DNA of 64,000 nt from Pseudovirgaria hyperparasitica (GCA_010093815.1 ML996566.1), one strand, 5' to 3'. Shown: positions 52,557-64,000, counted from the stretch's first letter. Made by a program: numbers and translations. Notes: a model not told the origin generated them from the letters alone.

Positions 52557-54282
52557 TCATGTTGTTGACGCTGCGAGCTCGAGCTCTTCAGCTTCATGCC
52601 GGTGCTTCTCTTCGGCCGATGTGATGCACTGCATGTTCGCTCCGAGCTTGTTCAGCGTCTCCACATACTCGTCGTACGGATCAGAGTCAAACACGATCCC
52701 GCCGCCCGCCTGTAGATACGCTACGCCCTGCTTGATCACCATCGTCCGCAACGCAATGCACGTGTCCATGGCCCCTTCTACCTCCGCTCCATCTGCCTCA
52801 ATCCTGTTGTATCCAAAGTATCCTACCGCGCCTGCGTACACGCCGCGCTTCTCGCCCTCCAGCTCTGCAATCAGTTGCATTGCACGAACTTTTGGTGCAC
52901 CGCTCACGGTGCCTGCCGGGAAGATGGATCTGAATGCGTCGAACCGTGTCTTGTCCGCTCGCAGTATGCCAGACACCTCCGATACGAGGTGCTGCACATG
53001 CGAAAATCTTTGCACAACCATCAATCGGTCTACCCGTGTTGACAGCGGGTCGCAGACTCGATTGACGTCGTTCCGCGCAAGATCGACAAGCATGACATGC
53101 TCCGCTCGGTCCTTCAATGAACTACTGAGCTCCTCTGCCAACGCTTCGTCCTCTTCCCTTGTTTTGCCGCGCTTCACCGTTCCCGCTATAGGATGTGTGA
53201 TGATCCTTCCGTTTTCAGCCTTGACCAGCAATTCCGGACTAGCGCCCACGATCTGGAAATCCACACACTCCAAGTAGAACAGGTACGGTGACGGATTGAC
53301 ATTCCGCAGGTGCCGATAGATGTTGAATGGGTGCAGTGACGTTGGTCGTGCAAACCGCTGTGAAGGTACAGCCTGGATGATGTCGCCCTTGCAGATGTGC
53401 TCCTTGAGTTTGTGCACATGGCCTTCGTAGCCTGCCTGCCCGATATTTGACGTATATTCTTGCCCGGTCTGGATGGGTGTCTGCTTCGGCACAGGAATGT
53501 CCAGTTTCTGTACTGTTCTCACTGTACGAAGGAGCGTTGCCTTGGCTTCCTGATATGCTTCATCCAACTGACTTGTATCTTGCGGTACTTGAATGTAGGT
53601 GATGACCTTGACCACCTGGAAAAAGTGGTCGAATGCTACCACCGTATCGAAGAGCATGAACAAACTCTCTGGGACTTTCAACATGTCCTTCATCGGTCTC
53701 TTCGTCTTCGGCTCGAAATATTTGACGCAATCATATCCTACATACCCGATCGCACCTCCTGTCAGCGGAGGGAGGTCCAGTTCAGGCACAGACGCGACCC
53801 TGCTCTTTGATAACTCTTCTGCCAGCAATGGCATTGGATCTGCTTCTGGACCATGACCAGGGCCTGTCTTGAGCACTGCGCGCGGATCTACTGACGGTTA
53901 AACAGCTTCCCCCGTCAAACTCGCAATCATGACTTACTTGCGCCAGCAAAGCTATATCGTCCAATTGTCTCTGTTGTCGCCGCACTTTCAAACAAGAAAG
54001 ACAGCTCAGAGCTTACTTGGAATTAGTCATCATGTATGATTACTATGGCTCTCCACGACTAACTTTTTGGAGATCTTCAAGTATATCGACGACGGCGTCA
54101 AGAATTCGGCAGAGATTGTTGCGAGCAGAGGGACAAGGTTTGGTGGGTTGGGCAGTTTCGAAACATCGTCAAGAAGATGCTGGACAGTCTCAAGCGACGG
54201 CTGGATTCCTAACTGTAGCCAGCACAAGTCAGCGAAAGACATACAATGACTCATCTCAATCAGTACGAACCTGGCCGGCCAT
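52557..54282 (-). CDS. TRP2: Anthranilate synthase component I; 4 exons
   Basis: Start MAGQ at 54282 with first intron 54213-54270. Motifs LTPSSIYLK, SFLFESA...GRYSF, GGAIGYVGYD, NPSPY, GASPE, PIAGT, AEHVMLVDLARND, PAGTVSGAPK, QAGGGIVFDS. Confidence 0.96.
54246..54254. promoter_or_regulatory. Gcn4/CpcA (cross-pathway control) element ATGACTCAT in TRP2 intron 1
   Basis: Perfect 9-bp consensus; a near-consensus TGACTCT lies on the minus strand at about 54358-54364. Confidence 0.55.
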
Positions 54283-54870
54283 TGTGCGTCGTCTGTATAG
54301 AATTCGAGATGTTGTCGCAAAGTATGAAATCTAATCGGTCTTGTCCCCACTCTCAGAAGAGTCACCGATGTTTAGAAGCATCTGTGCGTCATACTCGGCG
54401 ATCGAGAAGATGGAATTGGCATCAGGAGCTTGCATTTACATCAGCAGATATTCGAAACAGCGATATCGCTAGTGGCTATAGGTTCCAACAGCTGCAAGAG
54501 CTCCGTCGTCGCATACAGCATACAACAGTACAAACGTTCCATCTACCCTTGTAACCCCGCCATGAGCAGCCTGGAGCCTTACAAGGTGTCAGTAAGGCAG
54601 CAACAGCACCACCACCACCACTACCGTCAATACCAGCCACCCCGGCCACCTCTGACGCCCTTCTTCTATTGTTCAGTGCCAATCCCATCTGACATGCGAC
54701 GGCGTCCTGTCACTTCGGCCGTTTGCGAGTCGCACTTCACCTCCAACTCGTCTGTTCACCGTTTGTCCAACTGCAAACGGCCTGCTGTTGCTTCTACTGG
54801 CCGTGCATCTGTTCACGAGATGCCACCTTCCCAGTTCCCCACCTTCTAATCTCCGAGTCCACTCTTGCAA

Positions 54871-54904
<34 letters not shown>

Positions 54905-54970
54905 CGCCCTTACTCACTGACCACAATTTATACTTCTACCTTCGAGACATTGTATACTGATCGATCTGCT

Positions 54971-55844
54971 ATGGCAGCCCCGCTTACTCCCCCCTCAACT
55001 GCTTCGCGGCAAAGAGTCTCACCAGATTCCCCATTCAGCGACTACGGCTCATGCGACTCATCGTCTTCGGCTTCCCAGAAGGACTTGGTCCGACGCATAA
55101 CGACGATCAGTGACATGATAAGTAAGACAGATCACTCGGCGCCCCTCACCCGAGCTCTCAATGCGAGACTTGAAGTAGTCGAGTCTATCCTGTCAGCCCC
55201 GAACCCGCAAAGCCGACTTCACCTGGAAGACTCTGGTCTTTTCTTGGATGATGACGATATCAAGGTCGCAACACACTATCAATCTGAGGGCAGTCCTAGA
55301 CCTCTACTGGAGAATCCTGTGGATGGACAACTGGATCGCATCGCTCAAAATGTTGAAGAGCACATGCACTTCATGAACAGATTGTTGGACGAAGCCAAGC
55401 ACAGAGAGATGGAATTGGAGGACCATATAGGGGATATTCATGAAATGAATCTGAAGCTGTCGCAACGCCTCGAAGAAGTCAAGGTAAGGGCGCATCAATG
55501 TTGATACTGCGACACATGGACTAATAACTTTCTCCTAGCACAACAACTCAAGTGCCCTCAAGCGCATCAATGCTCAAAAGGAGGAAAGTGCGTCGCTTCG
55601 AAACCATATAATCAAGCTTGAAACTCGCAACCAGCAGCTAGAGGCTCAACTGGACTCGCGGACACGGGGTAACATGTCTACCTTATCTCAGATCGAGGAT
55701 CCGCAGCCCATCGACATGCCGACAGTTCCCGTTCCGATTGAAAGCGATGCTGAGTCTGACGGCCCTGTTATAACACGTTGGTCAGCATTCTGGGGTGCTT
55801 TGCAGGATGCCGCTGGGATCCTGGACTACGAGCGTCTCGTGTAG
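54971..55844 (+). CDS. Hypothetical coiled-coil protein; 2 exons
   Basis: ATG 54971 after a CT-repeat leader; intron 55484-55538 (GTAAGG..CTAAT..TAG) keeps the frame to TAG 55842-55844; heptad-like E/L/K-rich segment. Confidence 0.75.
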
Positions 55845-56564
55845 GACCGCGATCAAGACTTTGACCATCAACCAAACTCGATTATCGTCTCCATTTTATA
55901 CGCTTATTAACTACTACGACTTATGACCGGAATATGGTGGTATGTTTCCAATTGCATGCCTCACTGCGCCTTTACGACGAATGCATGAAACATTGTCTGG
56001 TGCAAGTAACGAATTATGATCGAATGACGATTGGCGTGCTACAGGAGCATTATTCACTTTCGTAGATACCCGGCATCACATATTTGATTCAGCACGATCA
56101 TGAAACTAGCGATACTTACTTTCAATGTACTATTTATCTTATATGCTTTGCGATGTTAATGAGACCTCGGTATGTTAGATGTCAATCTGATACACTGTGC
56201 CTGGATCCCTGTTAAGAGCCCAGGCTCCCTAAACCCCAATAGGATGTTCAACCACCCAATCCCCATTTCGATGTACCACAATAATGCATCATGAATGCAA
56301 AGCCGAGCATCCAATATCGATCAGAGCAACTGTGGCTTCTTTGGACAGGTCCGGGTGCGCAGTCACGTTTATTTCAGCCCCCGGGCTCGCCCGACCCAAT
56401 CCTTTTTTTCTTAGCTGCCGCCCAGGCGTAGTCTCGACTACTTTATGCTCCTCCACAGGAGCTCACTGGAACGAACACAGTCACCACGTTTGCCAGTCAG
56501 CTACGCCGACACTTCTCCGGTCCTGGTTGATATCGTGAACAACTCGATGCTGCAATAGACTTCT

Positions 56565-58541
56565 ATGGCGCCTCGCGGTGTCTATCATTTGCTCTCCGCC
56601 ATGTATCCTCGAACGACACCCACAGGCCATCCGCGAGGTCTCCGATCGCTCCCTCGACGCTTCCAGATCCTGTTCGGCTTCATCGCGTTCATAATCACCT
56701 ATGTCATACTCTTTGGCACGCCAAATCGCAACAGTATACCGACTGTGGAAGACCTCAAGCATCCGAGCATTCCGAACAAATTAAACCCTTTCGCACCGAT
56801 CGCACATAAGGCTCCGCCAGTTCAGGCGAACAGCACAAGGGGAGACTCTTCTTGGTTCAGCGATTGGAAGTGGCACAGTCCATTCTCGTCTACGATCACT
56901 CTGGATGAGAACCGCGCGTTACTGCCTCCTCTCGATGACCGGCCGATTGTATACACGTTCTACGACGAAGACACGAAGAAGAGCGAGGAAACGCTAAGAG
57001 CAGAGAACGATCTGCTGCTGATATGGCGCAGAGCATGGTGGGCGCAGGGCTTCAAGCCGGTGGTCCTAGGCCGTGGGGAAGCCATGCAGAATCCCTTGTA
57101 CGGCGCGATGCAGCGTATGGGGATACAGCCGGAGCTGGAGGTCGAGATTGCGAAATGGTTGGCGTGGGCTACAATGGGCACCGGGATCCTGTCAAACTGG
57201 CTAGCACTACCAATGGCCGCATATGACCACCCAGAACTGGTGTCTTTGCGACGGGGCGAGTTCTTGACCAAAATCACCAGTCTCGACAAGATGCAGAGCG
57301 CAATCTTCTATGGCGAGCGGGAAACGATCAGGAAGACAATCGAGACCATCATCCGCAAGGCCGACTTTAAGACTGCGAAGACTATCATGGATGTGCTTCC
57401 CAAGGATGAAATCAATGTCGAAAAGTCCGGAGGTGCCATTGCCTATTACGACGGGACCGTCCTCGAGTCCAAATACAAATCCGTTTTCGAAGACCTCCGA
57501 AAGGATGATAAGGCGAATGGATTGAATAAGCTTGCAACCTTGATCAATGCGCATCTTCATACCACCTGGCAAAACAGCTTCTCCTCCGGCATCGCCATCC
57601 TCAAGCCTCTACCACAACACACCTCTGCACTTGTCGAGAACGCGCTCGACATCGCCCGCAATCTCACGCAATGCCCCCTCAACCCACTCCCGACCTCATG
57701 CCCACCAAACCATCGAAAATGCACTCCCTGCACCGGCTCAGGCAACACAATCGCCTACCACAGCCACTACCAAAACAAAACCACCCTATTCACCATCGGC
57801 ACCGTCCCGCACCCCTACACCCTCGCCTCCCTCCACTACCAACAAGACGCCATCACCGCCCAGACCGTCCGCCGCGACTTCAAGACCCACGACCTCTGGC
57901 TCGAAGAAGTAACCGCCGACCTCCTCCCCGCCAAAACCAGCGCCGAAGCCCGCGTCGTCCGCTTCAAGGAAGCCGTCGCCGGCATCCACGGCCGCCACCA
58001 CTCCCTCTGGCTCACCGCCGAGCGCGAACGCGCCGCCGACCTCGACTGGCTCTTCGGCTTCAAAGTCCCGGACTTCCCCCCCTTTGACCGCGACCGGCCC
58101 GCTGCACCCAAGGGCGACTTCGCCCCGCTCTCCGACGCGGAAGCCCAGGCCGAGCACGCCCTCCTGAGCAAGGCCCGCGACGTCGTGCGTAGTTCCGTCC
58201 ACGAGGTCGTCCGCGTCAGGGACGTGCTCGAGGCCTGGAGTCTGGCGGATACGGAGGCCTGGCGGTTTGCGAAGGCGTGGAGTGCGCGTCGGAAGGTCGA
58301 GAGGGATGTCTGGGAGCAGGGGGAGAAGGGGTTTGCGGGCGCGGAGGGCGGGCGGAGGGAGGGGTGGGGTATGGGGAGGTGGTGGGATCGGATTGAGGAT
58401 ACGGTTGGGTTGAGGGCGGATGCCAGGAAGGGCGGGGCTGGGGCTGGGGCTGGTGCTGGTGCTGGTGCGGAGGGAGAGGGGAAGAAGGATGTGGGAGTGG
58501 AGGAGGGGAAGAAGGAGGGGAAGGGGCGGTGGGATGATTGA
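56565..58541 (+). CDS. Type II membrane protein of unknown function
   Basis: 658-aa intronless ORF with one N-terminal TM (ILFGFIAFIITYVILFG), N-glycosylation sequons, a Cys cluster (CPLNPLPTSCPPNHRKCTPC) and strong codon bias. Confidence 0.85.
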   Translation: MAPRGVYHLLSAMYPRTTPTGHPRGLRSLPRRFQILFGFIAFIITYVILFGTPNRNSIPTVEDLKHPSIPNKLNPFAPIAHKAPPVQANSTRGDSSWFSDWKWHSPFSSTITLDENRALLPPLDDRPIVYTFYDEDTKKSEETLRAENDLLLIWRRAWWAQGFKPVVLGRGEAMQNPLYGAMQRMGIQPELEVEIAKWLAWATMGTGILSNWLALPMAAYDHPELVSLRRGEFLTKITSLDKMQSAIFYGERETIRKTIETIIRKADFKTAKTIMDVLPKDEINVEKSGGAIAYYDGTVLESKYKSVFEDLRKDDKANGLNKLATLINAHLHTTWQNSFSSGIAILKPLPQHTSALVENALDIARNLTQCPLNPLPTSCPPNHRKCTPCTGSGNTIAYHSHYQNKTTLFTIGTVPHPYTLASLHYQQDAITAQTVRRDFKTHDLWLEEVTADLLPAKTSAEARVVRFKEAVAGIHGRHHSLWLTAERERAADLDWLFGFKVPDFPPFDRDRPAAPKGDFAPLSDAEAQAEHALLSKARDVVRSSVHEVVRVRDVLEAWSLADTEAWRFAKAWSARRKVERDVWEQGEKGFAGAEGGRREGWGMGRWWDRIEDTVGLRADARKGGAGAGAGAGAGAEGEGKKDVGVEEGKKEGKGRWDD

Positions 58542-59532
58542 GGTGTTTTGAGTTGGGCTGTGTTGGAATTGGAATTGAAGTATGTGGGCTGCGCTGTATT
58601 ATAGCCGTTACATTACATTACATTACATACATCAGGCGTTGTTTTTCTGGATATATTGTTCGAGACGGAAGAAGAAGAAGAAGAATAGAAAAAGGGTCTG
58701 TGTGAGAAATTCTGTCTTATTGTGGGTGTTATCGACATTGATGTGCGATATACATAATGTATAATATGATGTGTATATATATCTGTGTGCGCATGCCGTG
58801 TGTGTGTGTGTATGTGTGTTGCATCGCACCACCAGGGCGATCTCGAGATACTTACTCGACACCCGTTCCGGGCTGTCTTGGTACTTGGTAGGTGTATACA
58901 TACATACATATACATAACAATGTATTTTTTAAGAAAAATATTGCGATAGCTGCTGCACGGGTACACAATTGAGAAAAAGTAATAAATGCGATCAGTCCTA
59001 TTCTGAGAAACCTCTGCGACGTTTATCGTAGGTCTCGGTTGCAGCCCGCCCACACATCCATAGCTGGCTGGATAGCATAGCATATACATACATACCCTTC
59101 TCAGCCAGTTTTTCTTCCCCCCCAATCGTTTAAAAACCCTAGAGAGAGGGCTAGAGTCATAACAAGTAATACACCAACTGGATTATGTATGGTATATAAA
59201 AGGGATATATATATCTAATAAAATTATTCAAATAGATAAGATTCAAGACTTATAGATTTCTAAGTCCTTGTCTATTTTATAGAAATTGTATTATTAGTCC
59301 TTACTTAGTGTTTTAGCTAATTTTATTTTCGGAAGGTCCTAATTTATTATACGGAATTTAGGTGTGGCTTAGTTATGTATTATTATGCGAGCGGTAAAGG
59401 ACCGACCTACCAAGAGCATATGATGCGTATACATAGCGCATAGATAAAAGGAAATGGAATATTTTATTTGATACCCTTTTATAATTGCAAAAAGTTGGAA
59501 GCAGACATCCATCCCAGGCATAGCCTGTTCAA

Positions 59533-59626
59533 TCCCCGATGGTCTAGTGGTTATGATTTCCGCTTGTCAATTCCGAGTGATCGGTGTCAAGCGCGGGAGA
59601 CCGGGGTTCGATTCCCCGTCGAGGAG
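59533..59626 (+). tRNA. tRNA-Asp(GTC) with a 22-nt intron (59570-59591)
   Basis: Cloverleaf: acceptor TCCCCGA/TCGAGGA, D-arm, anticodon stem TCCGC/GCGGG with GTC at 59566-59568, T-arm CGGGG-TTCGATT-CCCCG, discriminator G. A T-run Pol III terminator follows at about 59632. Confidence 0.93.
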
Positions 59627-60175
59627 ATTACTTTTTGGCTTTTTTCCGCACACTTCTTCTCTGTGAATTCTTGAGTGCAAGTCCTTGTTTTTTTTTTTTT
59701 TTTTTTTTTTTTTGGGGGGGGGGGGGGGGGTCTAGCTGGGTTATTTATATAGAGGTAAATAAGATAGTCTATGAATCATAAATAGAATGTTATTCTCCAA
59801 GGAGAATTAAGCATGATATTAGAAGGGTTACAAAGCTTTGGATACAAAATGGAATGAATGATTTTTCAACGCGTGTCTATCTTCCGTATTGGCCCCCCTC
59901 GGCGGACTGCAATTCCTCTTTTGTCGGTGTTTGAAAATTACTTCAGTTAAGCATGCCTGCCATAATGCTTTTCACTAGAACATAGGCGCTATAGTGACGC
60001 TTACGCTCCATGTTGTCAGTCAGTATTCAGCATGAGGACATGAGTCTTCAATCTATCAATCTATCTACCTTTTTGAAGGACGCGTAGGAAACATGCCATC
60101 GCAAACCCTGCCTGAGTGGAAACCTCATCCAACCCGCCCCATCAATCTCAACCTGGGCACCACCGCAGTTCTCCC

Positions 60176-63100
60176 TCACCCGAGACTCATCCGCTGGAAT
60201 TGATCAATACTCATCTCCCAGTTCCTCTGTTCCGCCTCGGCAGCCTTCAATTTCTCTCTTTCCATCTCCTGGACGGCCTCGCTGGCCTTATTCTTCCAGT
60301 CACCTGCCTGCATCATCTTTTTCTGCTTCTCCGCGACCTCAGTCGCCTTCTTCAGCCTGTCTTTGGCTTTCGCAATCTCTTTCTCAACCTCCACTCGACC
60401 CTCGACATCGAGGAAGGCGGTCGCTGATGCACCAATGGTGTAGACGGCGCAGCTAGTTGGAGCATCATCGGATGGGCAGAGAATGGATATCTTGGAGATT
60501 GTTTTCCCGGACAGAGCGTGAAGGGATGGGAGGGAAGTCGGGGATGTGAGGACACGGTGGGTTACGTTGTCGAGAGGTTGGATGTACGTCGTTGCCGACT
60601 CTTTGATCGCGTATTCAGCAGTCAGGGAGCGAAGCGCCTTTGAGCAGCCCACGAGCAATTCATCTATGCGAATTTGTTAACAAGGCTACAACGAAGAATA
60701 AATCGGTAAATATCGAAACTCACACTCGGCCTCCGCCCCTTCGTCGTCAAACTCCTCCATGTATTGCGGATACGAAGCGATAGTGATCGACTTGGTATTA
60801 TCGCCCTCGCGTCTCGGTAGCCGCTGCCAGAGCTCCTCGGTCAAGAACGGCATGAAAGGATGAATCATGAGCAGGCCACCTTCAATCGCAGTGTACAGAG
60901 TCTGCTTAGCGCTCTCCTTCTCCTCTTCGTTGCCCTCTTGATCGAAAATCGCCTTGGAATTCTCGATGTAGGTATCACACAAGGACTCGTAAAAATACCT
61001 GTACGCAACCTGTGTGGAGTTCGAGAACTCCCGCTTCTCCAGCCGATCGTTGATCTGCTTCGAGGCCATTGATAGCTTGTGCAGGACCCATCGCTCAGGC
61101 AATGACTCCTTCCCGGATTTCGTGATAGTGGCGCGGGGTGTGAAATCCTCAAGTCGACCGAGGACGTATTTGGTCGCCTGATAAATTTTGTTGCAGAAAC
61201 GGCGGTATCCATGAATAACAGAAACATCGAAGGCGATGTCACCTCCTCCTGTGGTGTAGCCAACAAGAGCCATACGCAGAGCATCAGCACCGCACTCTGG
61301 AATACCGTGGGGAAAGGACTTTAGCTGATACTTTTCGGCCATCTTCAGCTCCTTAGGGTCCAGGTTGCCAACGCGCAGCTTCTGGTTAAGCTCCGCCAGG
61401 GTTACACCCTCCATAATGTCCACAGGGTCAATCACGTTCCCGAGAGACTTGCTCATCTTACGGCCTTCGCTATCTCGGATAAGCGAGTGGCAGTAAACCT
61501 CCGAGAATGGGATCTTGCCAGTCAGATGCAGCGAGAACATAATCATCCTAGCAACCCAGAAGAAGAGAATATCCCAGCCGGTCTCCAGAAAGGATGTGGG
61601 GAAGAGAGTGTCCATGTCGAGTGTCTTCTTCGGCCAGCCAAGCGTGCTGAAAGGCCACAGGCCAGAGCTAAACCAGGTGTCCAGCACATCCTCGTCCCGC
61701 TCTAGTGTGTATTTCTTACCCTGGAACTTGGCCTCGGCTTTCTCTCGTGCCTCCTCTTCTGTTCGTCCGATGACCCACTGCTCATTGTCGCTCTGGTCGC
61801 CTTCCTCGCCCTCAATTTTGACGAAGTAGGCTGGGATTTGGTGACCCCACCAGAGCTGACGAGAGATGCACCAGTCGTTGACTATTAGGATTATTAGTGA
61901 ACAACCCCTATGTAGAGCGAACAACGACACTTACTGTTCTCCATCCAATGATAGTAAATCTTTTCCATTTGCGGCGGGCTGATGACAACCTGCCTATCAC
62001 GCACAACCTTGATGGCGGGCTCGGCCAGCCCTTTCATCTTCATCCACCACTGTGGCTTCATGAGGGGTTCAACGATATCCTTGCTCTTGCTACAAAGAGG
62101 CACTTTCATCGGGTTATCCTTCTTCTCGACAAAAAGATTCTGCTTCGTCAACTCATCGACAACAGTATATCGAGCATCGAATCGCTTCTGGCCAGAGAAC
62201 TTGCCAGTATTGTCGTTCATGGTGCCATCGTCATTAAGGATATTAATGAACTCGAGGTTGTGTCGCATTCCGATGGCAAAATCGTTAGGGTCGTGGGCAG
62301 GCGTGATCTTAACAGCACCGGTACCGAACTCAGGGTCAACGTAGTCGTCACCAATGATCGGCAGCAGGCGGTCAACGAAGGGATGTTTAACTTTCTTTCC
62401 AAGAAGGTGCTTGTGCCTCTCGTCGTTGGGATGTACAGCAATAGCAGTATCTCCAAGCATCGTCTCTGGACGCGTAGTCGCAACGACGATGAACTCATCC
62501 GTCCCCTCAATCGGGTACTTAAAGAGAGTGAGCACCCCAAATTCCACTTTACGTTCGTAACCTGGCACTTCTAGGAGCGTCCGACCGCTGAGCTCTTTAT
62601 TATCAACCTCGAGATTTGATAACGTAGTGTTTAGCTTAGTACACCAATTCACGAGGCGGTTTGCTCGGTAAATGAGGCCCTCTTCATGCATCCGGACGAA
62701 TGTTTCGGTAACAGCTTCGGAAAGATTCTGGTCCATGGTAAAGGCGACGCGGGTCCAGTCAAAGCTGCCGCCCATCCGCTTCAGCACGCGGTGAATGCTG
62801 GCTTGATATTCCTCCTTCCAGTCCATAGTCACCTCGAGAAACTTGGGGCGGCCAAGGTCCATCCGCGTCAACTTTTGTGTTCGCCACAACATGTTCTCCA
62901 CCACGCTTTGTGTCGAGATACTCGCATGATCGGATCCGGGAAGATGTAGTGTGGTGAAGCCTCTCATCCTATACCAACGAGCAAGGAGGTCCTGAAGGGC
63001 AGTGGCGAGCGCGTGTCCACTGATGCAGAATTAGAATGGACAAGAACGCATGCAGGGTGTATTCACCAGTGAAGCTTCCCGGTGATATTGGGAGGTGGTA

Positions 63101-63782
63101 TGGGCAGTACAAAGCTGCCTGCCGGCTTGACCTTGCCATCGACAAGCTCAGGCTTGAAGAAGCCCTCCTTCTCCCACCACTCGGACCAAGCACTCTCAAC
63201 GACCTTGGGAATATACGCCTTGTGAAACGGGTCATCCAAGCTCTTGAGAATCTTCTTCTCTCCTAGCTCTGTCTCCTCCACATACTCTGGCAGGACCTCC
63301 GCTTCCTTTTTCTTCTTCTCCTTGGGCGCAGCTTTTGCGGCATCTTTGCTGCTGCCGGAGGCTTGCGCTGCCTTCTTCGCCTTGAACTTTGCGTCCTTCT
63401 CGGCCTTCTTGCGCTCCTTTTCTAGCTCCTTTTCGGTCTTAACTTCCTTGCCCACGTCTTTCTCGCCGCCGTCGCGGCGCAGCGCCGACTGGCCTGTTGC
63501 ATCCGTGTTGGCGTTCCCTAGCAGAGCATCCTTCGTCTCGTCGCTTAGGCTTGGAAGAGGGCCAGTGGCGGGCCCAGTCTTTTCACCCGCAACGTTATGT
63601 GGGGCGCCGTTTAGCGCCATAGTGGTCGTGTAAGACCTGCACAGGGAAGCCGGGGTGCGGTACTGAAGTCGGTGGGAGGTTAGACCGGGCCGCGATGAGC
63701 GGGCGAAGGCTCGTTGTAGATGGTACCGGGCAAGTGAGTTAGAAGTAAGACAGCGCAGAGGACACACTCGAATAGACAGCAT
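60176..63782 (-). CDS. VAS1: Valyl-tRNA synthetase (probably dual cytosolic/mitochondrial); 4 exons
   Basis: [14 protein letters not shown] (HIGH-like), [55 protein letters not shown] and a C-terminal coiled coil. Introns at about 63020-63066, 61882-61934 and 60665-60723; in-frame ATGs at 63782 and 63620. Confidence 0.97.
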
Positions 63783-63829
63783 ACATACGTTCTAAACATT
63801 GAGAGGTGTGTACTTGGAAGCTGCAACTC

Positions 63830-63836
63830 TGAGTCA
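63830..63836. promoter_or_regulatory. Gcn4/CpcA element TGAGTCA upstream of ValRS
   Basis: Exact TGA(C/G)TCA 48 bp upstream of the first ATG. Confidence 0.5.
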
Positions 63837-64000
63837 CGTCTTTCCACGATCAATTTGCCCTCTCCGGAGAATACCCGAGCAGTGGCATTATCCATAAAAT
63901 CTTTTCACGAAATCTCCGGCACTCTGCATCCATATCTGCCCGGGTATGTTATACCACACGTCCTTCACCTGTCACTTTATATTATCTCTCTGCAATCGAT

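Noticed and set aside
58970..59080. GC-richer island ending in a T-run on the minus strand, considered as an ncRNA (RNase P/MRP, snoRNA, hammerhead)
   Set aside because: The required partner motifs were not found by eye; an Infernal/Rfam scan is needed.
59688..59730. T-run joined to a G-run downstream of the tRNA
   Set aside because: Homopolymer lengths are unreliable in assemblies and no function can be supported.

Overview
Intron-rich genomic DNA from a filamentous ascomycete (Pezizomycotina-type GT..AG introns with CTRAC branch points), with two assembly gaps. The left part holds a divergently transcribed secondary-metabolite pair: a non-reducing PKS (SAT-KS-AT-PT-ACP-ACP-TE, orsellinic-acid-synthase-like) and an NRPS-like A-T-R carboxylic acid reductase. 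They are followed by a prion-like orphan gene, a ThDP-dependent enzyme, a small membrane protein and a JEN1-type carboxylate transporter. The middle holds an SLC26/STAS anion transporter, a decayed protein kinase and a LIM-RhoGAP. At about 38-46.5 kb is a repeat island: two convergent orphan tandem-repeat ORFs flank a TTCAG/CCAG satellite punctuated by a recurring 13-bp motif. The right part holds an SRPK-like kinase, a CFEM GPI protein, anthranilate synthase (TRP2), two hypothetical genes, an intron-containing tRNA-Asp and valyl-tRNA synthetase with two in-frame starts. Repeated C-rich to G-rich strand-skew switches occur near gene 3' ends. Exon boundaries were read by eye and no database searches were run.
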